Notes: a model not told the origin generated them from the letters alone. A stretch of 32,000 bases of DNA from Xylanibacter ruminicola 23 (GCF_000025925.1 NC_014033.1:2010001-2042000), one strand, 5' to 3'. Shown: positions 1 through 7,686, counted from the stretch's first letter. Translations and numbers: made by a program.

Positions 1-745
1 CCTCAATCAGCTGCACCACCTCGGGGTGGTAAACCATGCTCACATCCAGCATGCCGTTATAGGGCACTGCATTAGGTGTTTGACCGTAGCCAGGACCCGA
101 TCCTATGCACACCGTCATCACCTTGCGCTCTATCACCTCGCTGTTAATCTTCAGCTTCATCTTATACTCCATACGATGGAACAGCATCACAAACAAACTT
201 ACCAGGAACGATAAGGTTTGCGATCCGAACAAACGACGTGTCTGCCGACGCAGATTCATGATGTCGGCAGTAAGTCCGATGTTAATACAATTCAAGAAAT
301 AACGGTGACATTTGTCGCCTTTCTTGTTGGTATAGCGAATGCAGCCCAGGTCGATCTTGCGCACACGACGCTTAATCAGCCAATCGATGGTTTGCTCTAT
401 CTTATCATCGTCGAAATCCCAGAACTTGGCAAAGTCGTTCAGCACGCCATTGGGTATCACGCCCAAAGCAATCTCGTCGCGTACGGATTTCTCTTCCATC
501 ATCAGACAGTTCACGGCATCGTTCAGGGCCGAGTCGCCACCCACGATTACAATGGTTTTGTAGCCGTTCTGTATCATCATTTTCACTAATCGTTCCACGC
601 TGTCGGCTGTCTCGCTCTGTACAAAGTCGTACTGCACCTGACGCTCGTCCAGCACCTTCTGTATCTTCTCCCAACGCTTATGCGAGTTAAAGACACCTGT
701 TTTGGGGCAATAAAGTATAGCCCATCTTGTAGTTTCTACTGCCAT
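1..745 (-). CDS. Lipid kinase of the diacylglycerol-kinase catalytic-domain family (YegS/BmrU-like); N-terminal ~248 codons only, 3' end lies beyond the window
   Basis: Not in the ORF track because there is no in-window stop. My reverse-strand translation from ATG (745-743) gives MAVETTRWAILYCPKTGVFNSHKRWEKIQKVLDERQVQYDFVQSETADSVERLVKMMIQNGYKTIVIVGGDSALNDAVNCLMMEEKSV... and stays open to position 2. The IVIVGGD(S/G) motif and layout are typical of DAGK_cat kinases. Confidence 0.7.
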   Translation of the reverse strand, partial: MAVETTRWAILYCPKTGVFNSHKRWEKIQKVLDERQVQYDFVQSETADSVERLVKMMIQNGYKTIVIVGGDSALNDAVNCLMMEEKSVRDEIALGVIPNGVLNDFAKFWDFDDDKIEQTIDWLIKRRVRKIDLGCIRYTNKKGDKCHRYFLNCINIGLTADIMNLRRQTRRLFGSQTLSFLVSLFVMLFHRMEYKMKLKINSEVIERKVMTVCIGSGPGYGQTPNAVPYNGMLDVSMVYHPEVVQLIE

Positions 746-753
746 CGGAATAT

Positions 754-808
754 ATTAAACATTAAATATTAAACATTAAACATTAAACATTAAACATTAA
801 ACATTAAG
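754..808. repeat. Heptanucleotide tandem array (ATTAAAC)n, about 7.8 units (one ATTAAAT variant), in the miaA / lipid-kinase junction
   Basis: Read directly: units at 754-760, 761-767 (variant), 768-774, 775-781, 782-788, 789-795, 796-802, then partial attaag. The TTAA core puts TAA in all three frames on both strands, and the miaA stop (797-799) is one of these. Confidence 0.95.
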
Positions 809-1708
809 CTTTAGGATTTCTTCTATTTTCTGATCCATGGGGAGGGTGGCATCAATCCAGTGGATGGTAAAGCCACGACGCTCCATGCCGCGGAACCACG
901 TCATCTGTCGCTTGGCAAACTGATGAATGGCTATCTCGAGCTTGCTGAACATCTCATCGTATGTGAGCTGTCCTATAATATATTCTGTCAAGAATTTATA
1001 CTCCAATCCGTAGTAAATCAAATCCTCGGGTGCAATGCCTTCGTCGAGCAAACGGCGCACTTCGTCGACCATTCCATTTTCCAAACGGGCCTTCAATCGG
1101 CGGGTAATCTTTTCACGGCGCAACTCTCTGTCGATATCGATACCGATGATGAGCGAATCCACAGGTGGCAGCTCTCTACGGGGCACTGGGTTCTCGAGAT
1201 TATACGTCTCAATCTCGATGGCACGGATGGCACGCTGACACGAATCCACATCTGTCTTGTTATGCATGTTCGAGCCCGTTCTGGCCTTCAGCTCCTGCAG
1301 CATCTGTGTAAGCTCAGGCAGCGTTTTGCCCTCCAGACTGTCGCGCAGCGCCTGGTTCTGGGGCACAGGCGATAGTTTGTAGCCCTTCAGCACAGCCTCG
1401 ATATAAAGGCCCGTGCCACCACACAGCACGGGCGTTTTGCCCCTACCCTGTATGTCCTGGTAGGCATCGTAAAAGTCCTGTTGGTATTGAAACAAATTGT
1501 ATTTGGTACCTGGTTCGCATATATCGATGAGGTGGTAAGGCACCTCGCCGTAGTCGGCGAGGTCCTTACCAGTACCGATATCCATGCGACGATATACCTG
1601 GCGCGAATCGGCCGAGATAATCTCACCCCCGATCTTGGCTGCCAGGTGGGCCGCCACGGGTGTTTTACCCGAGGCGGTTGGTCCCAATATCGTTATCATT
1701 CTATTCAT
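797..1708 (-). CDS. miaA: tRNA dimethylallyltransferase (tRNA delta2-isopentenylpyrophosphate transferase)
   Basis: P-loop ILGPTASGKT and SADSRQVYRRMDIGTGK, with IPPT-family length and layout. The track ORF starts at a GTG (1714); the first ATGs are at 1708 and 1699. Confidence 0.9.
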   Translation of the reverse strand: MNRMITILGPTASGKTPVAAHLAAKIGGEIISADSRQVYRRMDIGTGKDLADYGEVPYHLIDICEPGTKYNLFQYQQDFYDAYQDIQGRGKTPVLCGGTGLYIEAVLKGYKLSPVPQNQALRDSLEGKTLPELTQMLQELKARTGSNMHNKTDVDSCQRAIRAIEIETYNLENPVPRRELPPVDSLIIGIDIDRELRREKITRRLKARLENGMVDEVRRLLDEGIAPEDLIYYGLEYKFLTEYIIGQLTYDEMFSKLEIAIHQFAKRQMTWFRGMERRGFTIHWIDATLPMDQKIEEILKLNV

Positions 1709-1718
1709 TAGCACATTA

Positions 1719-2738
1719 TTATATATTCGATTTAGAAGCGAAGCCGGCCTTCAGATCATCGGCTGTCAACTCCGTCAGCTGTTCCTTGTTCAGGTTGCTC
1801 ATACCGCCCAAACGGTTGGCCTGGGCCTGTATGCTCTTCTCAAACACGTTGCGAGCATAACGGGCATTACCAAAGTTGCGGTCCTTATGGGCCACAGCAT
1901 ACTCAAAGCGTTCCTTCAGATACTGCTCAGCATCGGCCGAGAGGGTGTACTGGTTCTTCTTCATGTACATCTTGAATATCTGAGCCAGCTCGCCACCCGT
2001 GTAGTCGGGGAAGTCGATGTAGCGATTAAAGCGCGACTGCAATCCAGGGTTCGAGTCGATAAAACGCTGCATCTCGTTCTTGTAACCAGCCACGATCACC
2101 ACCAATCTGTCGCGATAGTCCTCCATACGCTTCAGGATGGTAGATATAGCCTCCTGTCCGTAGTCGTTACCGTTGCCCTGTTCAGGTACCAGCGAGTAGG
2201 CCTCGTCGATAAACAGCACACCATCCAGCGCCTTCATAATCACGCTGTCGGTCTTGGGTCCTGTCTGTCCCACGTACTGGGCACACAGGCCTGCACGGTC
2301 GGTCTCAACGGTATGTCCACGCTTCAGCACACCCAGGTCCTTGTAGATACGACCCACGATACGTGCCACGGTGGTTTTACCCGTACCAGGCGATCCGTAG
2401 AACACCAGATGGTAGCTCACCTTAGCCGTTTTCAGTCCCTTTGCCTCGCGCTGCTTTTGCAGCTTCACAAAGTTGGCCAGCGATCGCACCTCGTCCTTCA
2501 CACTTCCCAAGCCTATCAGCTCGTCAAGCTCCTGATAGGGGTCGCCCTCCAGGGGTTCGTTCACGATCACGCTGTCACGTTTCTCTACCTGTTCCGTCTG
2601 GGCTGTCTGGTTCTCATCCTTGTTCTCCTCTTCCTCATCGGGCACGAAAATGCAGATGAGGGCTACCACTACGAAACAGATGATGCTAACACAGCCACAC
2701 CCTTTCAGGAACTTATTGGCAAACTCTTTAAAATCCAT
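1719..2738 (-). CDS. Membrane-anchored AAA+ ATPase of the CbxX/CfxQ-SpoVK type
   Basis: N-terminal hydrophobic helix (CGCVSIICFVVVALICIFV), an acidic linker (DEEEENKDENQ), Walker A GSPGTGKTT, Walker B VLFIDEAY, and a VVIVAGY...LQSRF sensor region. The ATG at 2738-2736 lies 3 nt after the stop of the upstream gene. Confidence 0.85.
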   Translation of the reverse strand: MDFKEFANKFLKGCGCVSIICFVVVALICIFVPDEEEENKDENQTAQTEQVEKRDSVIVNEPLEGDPYQELDELIGLGSVKDEVRSLANFVKLQKQREAKGLKTAKVSYHLVFYGSPGTGKTTVARIVGRIYKDLGVLKRGHTVETDRAGLCAQYVGQTGPKTDSVIMKALDGVLFIDEAYSLVPEQGNGNDYGQEAISTILKRMEDYRDRLVVIVAGYKNEMQRFIDSNPGLQSRFNRYIDFPDYTGGELAQIFKMYMKKNQYTLSADAEQYLKERFEYAVAHKDRNFGNARYARNVFEKSIQAQANRLGGMSNLNKEQLTELTADDLKAGFASKSNI

Positions 2739-2741
2739 ATA

Positions 2742-4121
2742 TTACTTGGTTGCAGCCTTAGCGGCCAATTCCTTTAACTTGTCCTTACCCTTAAAGGCGA
2801 ATACCCATACCAGGAAACCTGCGATAACCAGCAAGGTAATGCCCAACAGCGGACGGTAGAACAGCCATGCCAGGGCAATCACTATCAGGCTCCACACTAC
2901 ACCCAGGATGGTGCATACCAATCCAACACCCCAGCCGAAAATGCCAGCGATGAATGGTACCACCTTCAGGATAGTCTCCAGGAATCCGAAGATGCCCTTC
3001 AATCCGCCAATCACCATCAGGATACCCACAATGCGCAGGGCCCACTTAATAAAGTTGTTACCCTCTTGCTCGGCCTCAATAATCTCGTCGCCACTCTTCT
3101 TACCCATCACCAGCGTCTGGAATCGCTTGCCGTTCTTGGCCTTAAAGGGCTTAAAGGTGTCGCCATCTACCACGGCCATCACCGTTACCTTGGCAGGCAC
3201 CACTTTCTCGAAGGTTACACGCACATCACCCACCTCAGGACTTCCAGGCACACGTCCAAAGTACAGCACGTTGCCAGCCTGGTGTACATACGCCAGATCC
3301 TTCTTATTCTGAGCAGCCTCCATGGCTTTGTTAATCGAGTCGTTCACAGCCTGTATCGAGTCCAACTGAGCCTTTACCGAATCAGGCAGCAGGGCCTTGA
3401 TCGAATCGGGGATGGCAGCTGGTTGCTGGGCCTCAGGTGCAGGCTGATTGTTATTCTTTGGGGCACCGTAGAATCGCTCGTAAGCGGTCTGGGTGTTCTT
3501 ATCGAATTGCTTCAGCAGATCCTCGGCAATGGCCAGGTCGAGTGCCTCACGCGAAGAAATGGCGTGAATCAGACTCTCGTTCAGCTTATAGGCACCCCAC
3601 TCTACGTTCTCGGCATACTGCTGGTCATTCTCAACAGTTGTCAGCACCATGTTCTTTTTCTGGTAAGCGGAATCCTTAAACTCAGCACTCTCAACGGGGC
3701 GGCTCACCCACTCTTTGGTATAGGTATAGGTGGTAGTAGTTACCTCTTTGCCACCCAACTTGTCTTCGCTCTTTTCCTTAGCATGCTCTACCCACTGGTA
3801 GTACTCCACGGTGCGTCGCATGGCAATGGCTGTGGCACCTACGCCAAAATCCTTGTCAATCAGCGAATCCTGCGTGGTGGCCAGTGCCGTACCACAAATC
3901 AGTTCGCCCTCCAGCTGGGCATCCTTCTTGGCGGGGTTAGGCATCTCTACATAGGCGCTCCCTGCCTCTTCCAGCATCTTTTCGGTCTTCACTGCACGTC
4001 CTTCGTTCCACCAAAGTAATGCAGTACCCAAGCAGAACAGCACAATGCCGCTGCCTATAGCCTTAAACGAATTTCCTACGCGGGTTCCATATCCCGTTGT
4101 TCTTACTTCTTGATAAGCCAT
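2742..4121 (-). CDS. TMEM43 / DUF1625-family integral membrane protein
   Basis: N-terminal TM followed by the LWWNEGRAV signature, a ~330-aa soluble middle part with a Q/P/A-rich low-complexity stretch, and four C-terminal TM helices (ALRIVGILMVIGG..., VPFIAGIFGWGVGLV..., VVWSLIVIALAWLF..., ITLLVIAGFLVWVFAF). Confidence 0.75.
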   Translation of the reverse strand: MAYQEVRTTGYGTRVGNSFKAIGSGIVLFCLGTALLWWNEGRAVKTEKMLEEAGSAYVEMPNPAKKDAQLEGELICGTALATTQDSLIDKDFGVGATAIAMRRTVEYYQWVEHAKEKSEDKLGGKEVTTTTYTYTKEWVSRPVESAEFKDSAYQKKNMVLTTVENDQQYAENVEWGAYKLNESLIHAISSREALDLAIAEDLLKQFDKNTQTAYERFYGAPKNNNQPAPEAQQPAAIPDSIKALLPDSVKAQLDSIQAVNDSINKAMEAAQNKKDLAYVHQAGNVLYFGRVPGSPEVGDVRVTFEKVVPAKVTVMAVVDGDTFKPFKAKNGKRFQTLVMGKKSGDEIIEAEQEGNNFIKWALRIVGILMVIGGLKGIFGFLETILKVVPFIAGIFGWGVGLVCTILGVVWSLIVIALAWLFYRPLLGITLLVIAGFLVWVFAFKGKDKLKELAAKAATK

Positions 4122-4146
4122 AATAATAAATAATAGGTTATTGGTA

Positions 4147-4174
4147 TAATGTTTAATGTATAATGTTTAATGTC
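4147..4174. repeat. Heptanucleotide array (TAATGTT-type), 4 units, at the 5'-nucleotidase / TMEM43-like junction
   Basis: Units are taatgtt 4147-4153, taatgta 4154-4160, taatgtt 4161-4167, taatgtc 4168-4174. This is the same unit family as 754-808 but in the opposite orientation, and it overlaps the 5'-nucleotidase stop (4167-4169). Confidence 0.85.
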
Positions 4175-5594
4175 TAAAAATTCTCCTACTGCCCTGATAG
4201 CTCACGTGGCCCTGGTGCTCCAGATAGTCCATCACCAGCTGGGCTGTAATCTTACCGATACCCTTACCTGGGTCCTTACGGTTAGTAGTGCTGATGGCCA
4301 CCGTATAGCTGTTGGTAATCACCTTGTAGGTCTTTTTCAGGTTCAGCTTCTTACCGTCCTCACCATACAGCACCACCTTTGTCAGGGCCTTGGTAGCAGG
4401 GTCAACGGTGTAATCCACCTTCATGCCACCTACATAGGGGAATCCCTGGTTATCGTTGTCGTAGCACTTCTTCATCATGTCAATCAGCTCCTTACCTGTC
4501 AGCTGCAGTTCGATAGCCTCGTTCTGGAATGGGTCCAGTCTCAGGGCATCGGCCACGGTAAAGCCACCCACAGGCTTTGTCTCGTAGCGCACACCACCCG
4601 GATTCTGGAAACTCAGGTCGGCATGACCCTCCTGTACGTAGGCATCGCACATCATGTTACCCAACTCCTCGTAGCACTCAAATGGTGTGTCCACCTGTGC
4701 CAGCACACGATAGAAGGCAGGGTTCTGCGAGAAATAATCCACCAAGGCTCTTACCACCTTATTCTCGTTCTTACCACCGCGAATGGCGATGTTTTCGGCC
4801 TGGCGATCCACCACCTTACCATCCTCAAGTGTCAGTGTGGTATGGGTAACACAAGCCAGTCGGTTCTTGTTCTGGGTGATAAACAGGCCATTGTGCATCT
4901 CACCACCCTTCAGCTGGGTGTGACTGTGTCCACCTACGATGATATCCACCCAAGGCAGATCCTTCGACACCTTTACATCGCTCTCAAAGCCCAGGTGCGA
5001 GAGGAACAGCACCACATCGCACTCCTTGCGCAGAAACTGGTACTGCTGCAATGTCTCCAGAGGGTCGGTAAACTTGATATCAACCGTATTTTTAGGGTGA
5101 CTCTCGGGGATACCCATCGCACCCAGTGCCACAGCACCTACGATACCCACCTTAATACCGCCGCAATCAAACACCTGGTAAGGCTTTACGTGCATGTTCC
5201 ACTTGGCATCGGGCTGCACATTGGCACACAGCGTGGGGAAAGCCGACATGCTAACCAGCTTAGCCAAACCCTCCTGTCCGGAGTCGAACTCGTGGTTACC
5301 CAGTGTGGTAGCATTAAAACCAATGATATTCATCAGTGCCACCATCGGATAGGCTGGTATCTCGTACATATCGTTCAGGGGTTCGCCCGAACGGTTATCG
5401 CCGGCACTCAGCACCAGCAAGTTGGGATACAAGGCACGCAGCGAGTCGGCCACAAAACCCACTCGTGGCATGCACTCTATAGCCGCATGCATATCGTTAG
5501 CACTCAGTATGTGTAGCTCTTTCTTTCCGCCGGCCTGAACACACAGTCCTGCCAGCAGCATCATCGATGCCAATACATATTTCTTTTTAAACAT
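4167..5594 (-). CDS. Secreted bifunctional metallophosphatase / 5'-nucleotidase (UshA-like)
   Basis: Calcineurin-like phosphoesterase motifs NDMHA, AGDN, GNHEFD and GGHSHT, followed by a C-terminal 5'-nucleotidase substrate-binding-type domain. I place the start at MFKKKYVLASMMLLAGLCVQA (ATG 5594-5592), a good signal peptide. The 19-codon upstream extension in the track ORF runs through repeat/hairpin sequence. Confidence 0.85.
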   Translation of the reverse strand: MFKKKYVLASMMLLAGLCVQAGGKKELHILSANDMHAAIECMPRVGFVADSLRALYPNLLVLSAGDNRSGEPLNDMYEIPAYPMVALMNIIGFNATTLGNHEFDSGQEGLAKLVSMSAFPTLCANVQPDAKWNMHVKPYQVFDCGGIKVGIVGAVALGAMGIPESHPKNTVDIKFTDPLETLQQYQFLRKECDVVLFLSHLGFESDVKVSKDLPWVDIIVGGHSHTQLKGGEMHNGLFITQNKNRLACVTHTTLTLEDGKVVDRQAENIAIRGGKNENKVVRALVDYFSQNPAFYRVLAQVDTPFECYEELGNMMCDAYVQEGHADLSFQNPGGVRYETKPVGGFTVADALRLDPFQNEAIELQLTGKELIDMMKKCYDNDNQGFPYVGGMKVDYTVDPATKALTKVVLYGEDGKKLNLKKTYKVITNSYTVAISTTNRKDPGKGIGKITAQLVMDYLEHQGHVSYQGSRRIFRH

Positions 5595-5665
5595 AATGTT
5601 TAATCTTTTAATCGTTTCTTTAGTACGCTTGCCTAAGCAAGAATGTTTCATGTTTAATCTTTAAA
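5594..5665. repeat. Two short heptamer runs flanking a CTTGC-N4-GCAAG mini-hairpin in the small-ORF / 5'-nucleotidase junction
   Basis: First run is taatgtt taatctt ttaatcg (5594-5614). The hairpin cttgc ctaa gcaag is at 5628-5641. Second run is aatgttt catgttt aatcttt (5642-5662). Confidence 0.6.
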
Positions 5666-5857
5666 CTTCAGTCTGATTTGTGTAAATGCACTCGCGGGCG
5701 CATCAAGGTCAATCTCATGTCCCCACACGTCAGTTACTTCCAACTGTTCCAAAAACTTTAAGCTCATCCGCCGTCTGGTCAGATAAGAAATCAATGCGTG
5801 GCGTATCTCTGCGCCTTCAAACAACTCGATGGTTGTACGATTCACTTTCAGTTTCAT
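5654..5857 (-). CDS. Hypothetical 67-aa protein
   Basis: ATG-started ORF that exactly fills the gap between two co-directional genes and has non-repetitive, balanced composition (MKLKVNRTTIELFEGAEIRHALISYL...). I recognise no family with certainty. Its size and N-terminal pattern loosely recall ThiS/MoaD-like beta-grasp proteins, but there is no C-terminal GG. Confidence 0.45.
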   Translation of the reverse strand: MKLKVNRTTIELFEGAEIRHALISYLTRRRMSLKFLEQLEVTDVWGHEIDLDAPASAFTQIRLKFKD

Positions 5858-5872
5858 TTCGTTATACGTTCC

Positions 5873-5929
5873 TTAATGTTTTAATCTTTCAAGCTCAAAG
5901 CTTAATGTTTAATGCTTAATCTTTAATGT
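5873..5929. repeat. Heptanucleotide array (TTAATGT/TTAATCT units), about 8 units, interrupted by an AAGCT-CAA-AGCTT mini-palindrome; DUF2207 / small-ORF junction
   Basis: Units are ttaatgt 5873-79, (t) ttaatct 5881-87, ttcaagc, tcaaagc, ttaatgt 5902-08, ttaatgc 5909-15, ttaatct 5916-22, ttaatgt 5923-29. Positions 5897-5910 (aaagcttaatgttt) are the exact reverse complement of 799-812. Confidence 0.9.
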
Positions 5930-5930
5930 A

Positions 5931-7574
5931 TCATCGTACGCCGCCTCCTCCGCCGCCGCCCGAGAAGCCGCCTCCGCCGCCTCCCCACGACGAGTGTCCG
6001 CCACCACCGCTTGCACGGTGTTCGCGTGCTGCCTTGGCAGCCACGGCACTCGATGTACTACGCTGCAGGGTACTGTAAATCAGTGGCAGCGTCATGTTGT
6101 CGGCCATGGTACTGGCCACACGGTCCATATCAAAGTAGGCAGGGTTCACCTGCTTCATTTCCTTAATCACCTTATCGGCTATACCAAACAGCGTGGCATA
6201 TATCATATAATCCTTCCACAGCTTTACTTCCTTCAGTTCGCGCTCATCCAACAGTGTAAATTCTTTCAGGAATTTTCGCAATCCAAACACCTCATTCACA
6301 CCCTTATCGTATGGAGGATACTTCGACAGATCCTTCTTGGCGTGCAAGGTAGTGATAAACTGGTCGATAGCACTCTGATGGGTTCTGCTCTTCATATACG
6401 ATTTCAGCTCCCATGGCTCCAATATTCTGTCGCTGCCTGCCGCATCCTTAAACATCTTGTACAGCTGGCGCATCAGCACAGGCTGCTTGTCAATATCCTT
6501 GTAGTCGTGCATCACAAAGTTGGGTTCCATCTTACCCTTCGAGTTAGGTTTTGTCTCAATGGTGATAACGCCCATGCTGATCAATTTCAGGATACAAGCC
6601 GACATCAGATTATTATAATCGCTGTTAAAATATTTATAGGCATTTAGTATCTTGTTAGCCTCCTGCAGATTGCCGTTCACTGGCACATCACGATACCACA
6701 TCAGCCCTTTGTTCAGTTGGCGCTTGGCCCGCCATACACGGTACATCTGCCACACGGCGCCACCAATAACCAACAGGGCTGCTCCGCCGTAAAACAGGAT
6801 GAACAGCACCCACTCAAAGGGACTCATATCATCCTCGTCGTCCTCATCGTACACGTAGTCGCTGCCCTCAAAGGCCTCGTCCTTCTTGTTCTCAAAGGTG
6901 TCGTTCTCCCATACGGTAGGCTCAAACATGCTCTTGGGGAATTTCACCATCAGGTACAATCCAGCCTCGTCGCTCATGGGCTTGGTGGTCTCTGCCATCA
7001 CAAAGCCGTCCTGCATCCATATCTCACCCTCGAACCTAAAGCCCCACACGCCGCACGAATCCTCGTTAATCACCATCGTACTGTCGGCAGTAGTAATGGC
7101 CACGCGGGCATGCTCAGGTTTAGGCGACACAGCGGTATCCAGGAACACGTGGCGGATGGCACACGCATCGGGATAGCCGCGCACCAGTCCAGTCATCACA
7201 TAGGTGGTGGTGTACGTACGCTCGCCCTCGGCACCCAGGCCCCAGCACAACTCAAAGCCGCGCTTGGTGGTAACAATACCGCATTTGTACTGTTTCCAAC
7301 TGCGCGTCTGGTTCACGTCCCAATCCGTATATACATATCGGGCGCCCGTTTCGTCGGTCACTGTCAGGTTCTTTACAATGCTTGGCCCCATGTTAGCCAA
7401 GCCGATATAGCACTCTGTACCCTCGCTATCAATGGTCATCTGTCGTGTTTCAGTAATCAGGGCGTCGCCATTTTTATAAAGCACCACCCGTATGTCCAGG
7501 TCGTGTAACTGCGGACGGGCCAATACCTGTATTACCCCAAGCAGCAAAAGTACGATTGTCAATTTCGCTTTCAT
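5931..7574 (-). CDS. DUF2207-family membrane protein with poly-glycine C-terminal tail
   Basis: Signal peptide MKAKLTIVLLLLGVIQVLA, an N-terminal extracytoplasmic domain, central TM helices (WVLFILFYGGAALLVIGGAVW), a cytoplasmic domain, and a terminal SGGGGHSSWGGGGGGFSGGGGGGGVR tail that is typical of DUF2207 proteins. The track ORF begins at a TTG (7586); the ATG is at 7574-7572. Confidence 0.8.
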   Translation of the reverse strand: MKAKLTIVLLLLGVIQVLARPQLHDLDIRVVLYKNGDALITETRQMTIDSEGTECYIGLANMGPSIVKNLTVTDETGARYVYTDWDVNQTRSWKQYKCGIVTTKRGFELCWGLGAEGERTYTTTYVMTGLVRGYPDACAIRHVFLDTAVSPKPEHARVAITTADSTMVINEDSCGVWGFRFEGEIWMQDGFVMAETTKPMSDEAGLYLMVKFPKSMFEPTVWENDTFENKKDEAFEGSDYVYDEDDEDDMSPFEWVLFILFYGGAALLVIGGAVWQMYRVWRAKRQLNKGLMWYRDVPVNGNLQEANKILNAYKYFNSDYNNLMSACILKLISMGVITIETKPNSKGKMEPNFVMHDYKDIDKQPVLMRQLYKMFKDAAGSDRILEPWELKSYMKSRTHQSAIDQFITTLHAKKDLSKYPPYDKGVNEVFGLRKFLKEFTLLDERELKEVKLWKDYMIYATLFGIADKVIKEMKQVNPAYFDMDRVASTMADNMTLPLIYSTLQRSTSSAVAAKAAREHRASGGGGHSSWGGGGGGFSGGGGGGGVR

Positions 7575-7583
7575 TACAAGGTG

Positions 7584-7591
7584 CAAATTTA
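7584..7591 (-). promoter_or_regulatory. Candidate Bacteroidetes -7 box TAaaTTTG for the DUF2207 gene
   Basis: The reverse complement of caaattta (7584-7591) is TAAATTTG, matching the TAnnTTTG consensus. It ends only 9 nt before the ATG at 7574, which implies a near-leaderless mRNA if it is used. Confidence 0.35.
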
Positions 7592-7686
7592 AAAAATAGT
7601 GCCGAAAGTAGCACCTTTCGACACTAATATTTAACGTTTCTTCCTTTAAACTATGTTAATTGGCTTTAATAAAACATATTTTTATG

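Noticed and set aside
754-808. Possibility that the tandem arrays (also 5873-5929, 12812-12848, 25910-25979) are CRISPR arrays
   Set aside because: The units are 7 bp with no spacers, the arrays are under 70 bp, and no cas genes are present. These are microsatellite-like tandem repeats.
1584-2777. Long plus-strand ORF (397 aa) opposite the AAA+ ATPase gene. Similar long antisense ORFs are at 3066-4019, 4170-5516, 5994-6647, 6717-7508, 10687-11436, 12041-12730, 15438-16115, 16803-17255, 18607-19425, 19729-20295, 21164-22156, 26412-27176 and 27795-28259.
   Set aside because: Each lies entirely antisense to an ORF with clear family motifs. Their products are L/H/V/Q/G-rich with no recognisable motifs. 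They are shadow ORFs, expected when the sense strand avoids the codons TTA, CTA and TCA.
5595-5651. N-terminal extensions in the track ORFs: 5'-nucleotidase (to 5651), hydrolase (GTG 11520), menC (TTG 27332), DUF2207 (TTG 7586), MurU-like (GTG 20892), miaA (GTG 1714)
   Set aside because: The extensions start at non-ATG codons or run through repeat, hairpin, terminator or promoter sequence. Downstream ATGs give proper signal peptides or conserved N-termini.
1719-7574. Interpreting the AAA+ / TMEM43-like / 5'-nucleotidase / DUF2207 string as an anti-phage defence system
   Set aside because: There are no nuclease, TIR, SIR2, cyclase, methylase or sensor domains. The nucleotidase carries a signal peptide and so acts outside the cytoplasm. 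The string is continuous with miaA and a lipid kinase rather than with mobile-element genes.
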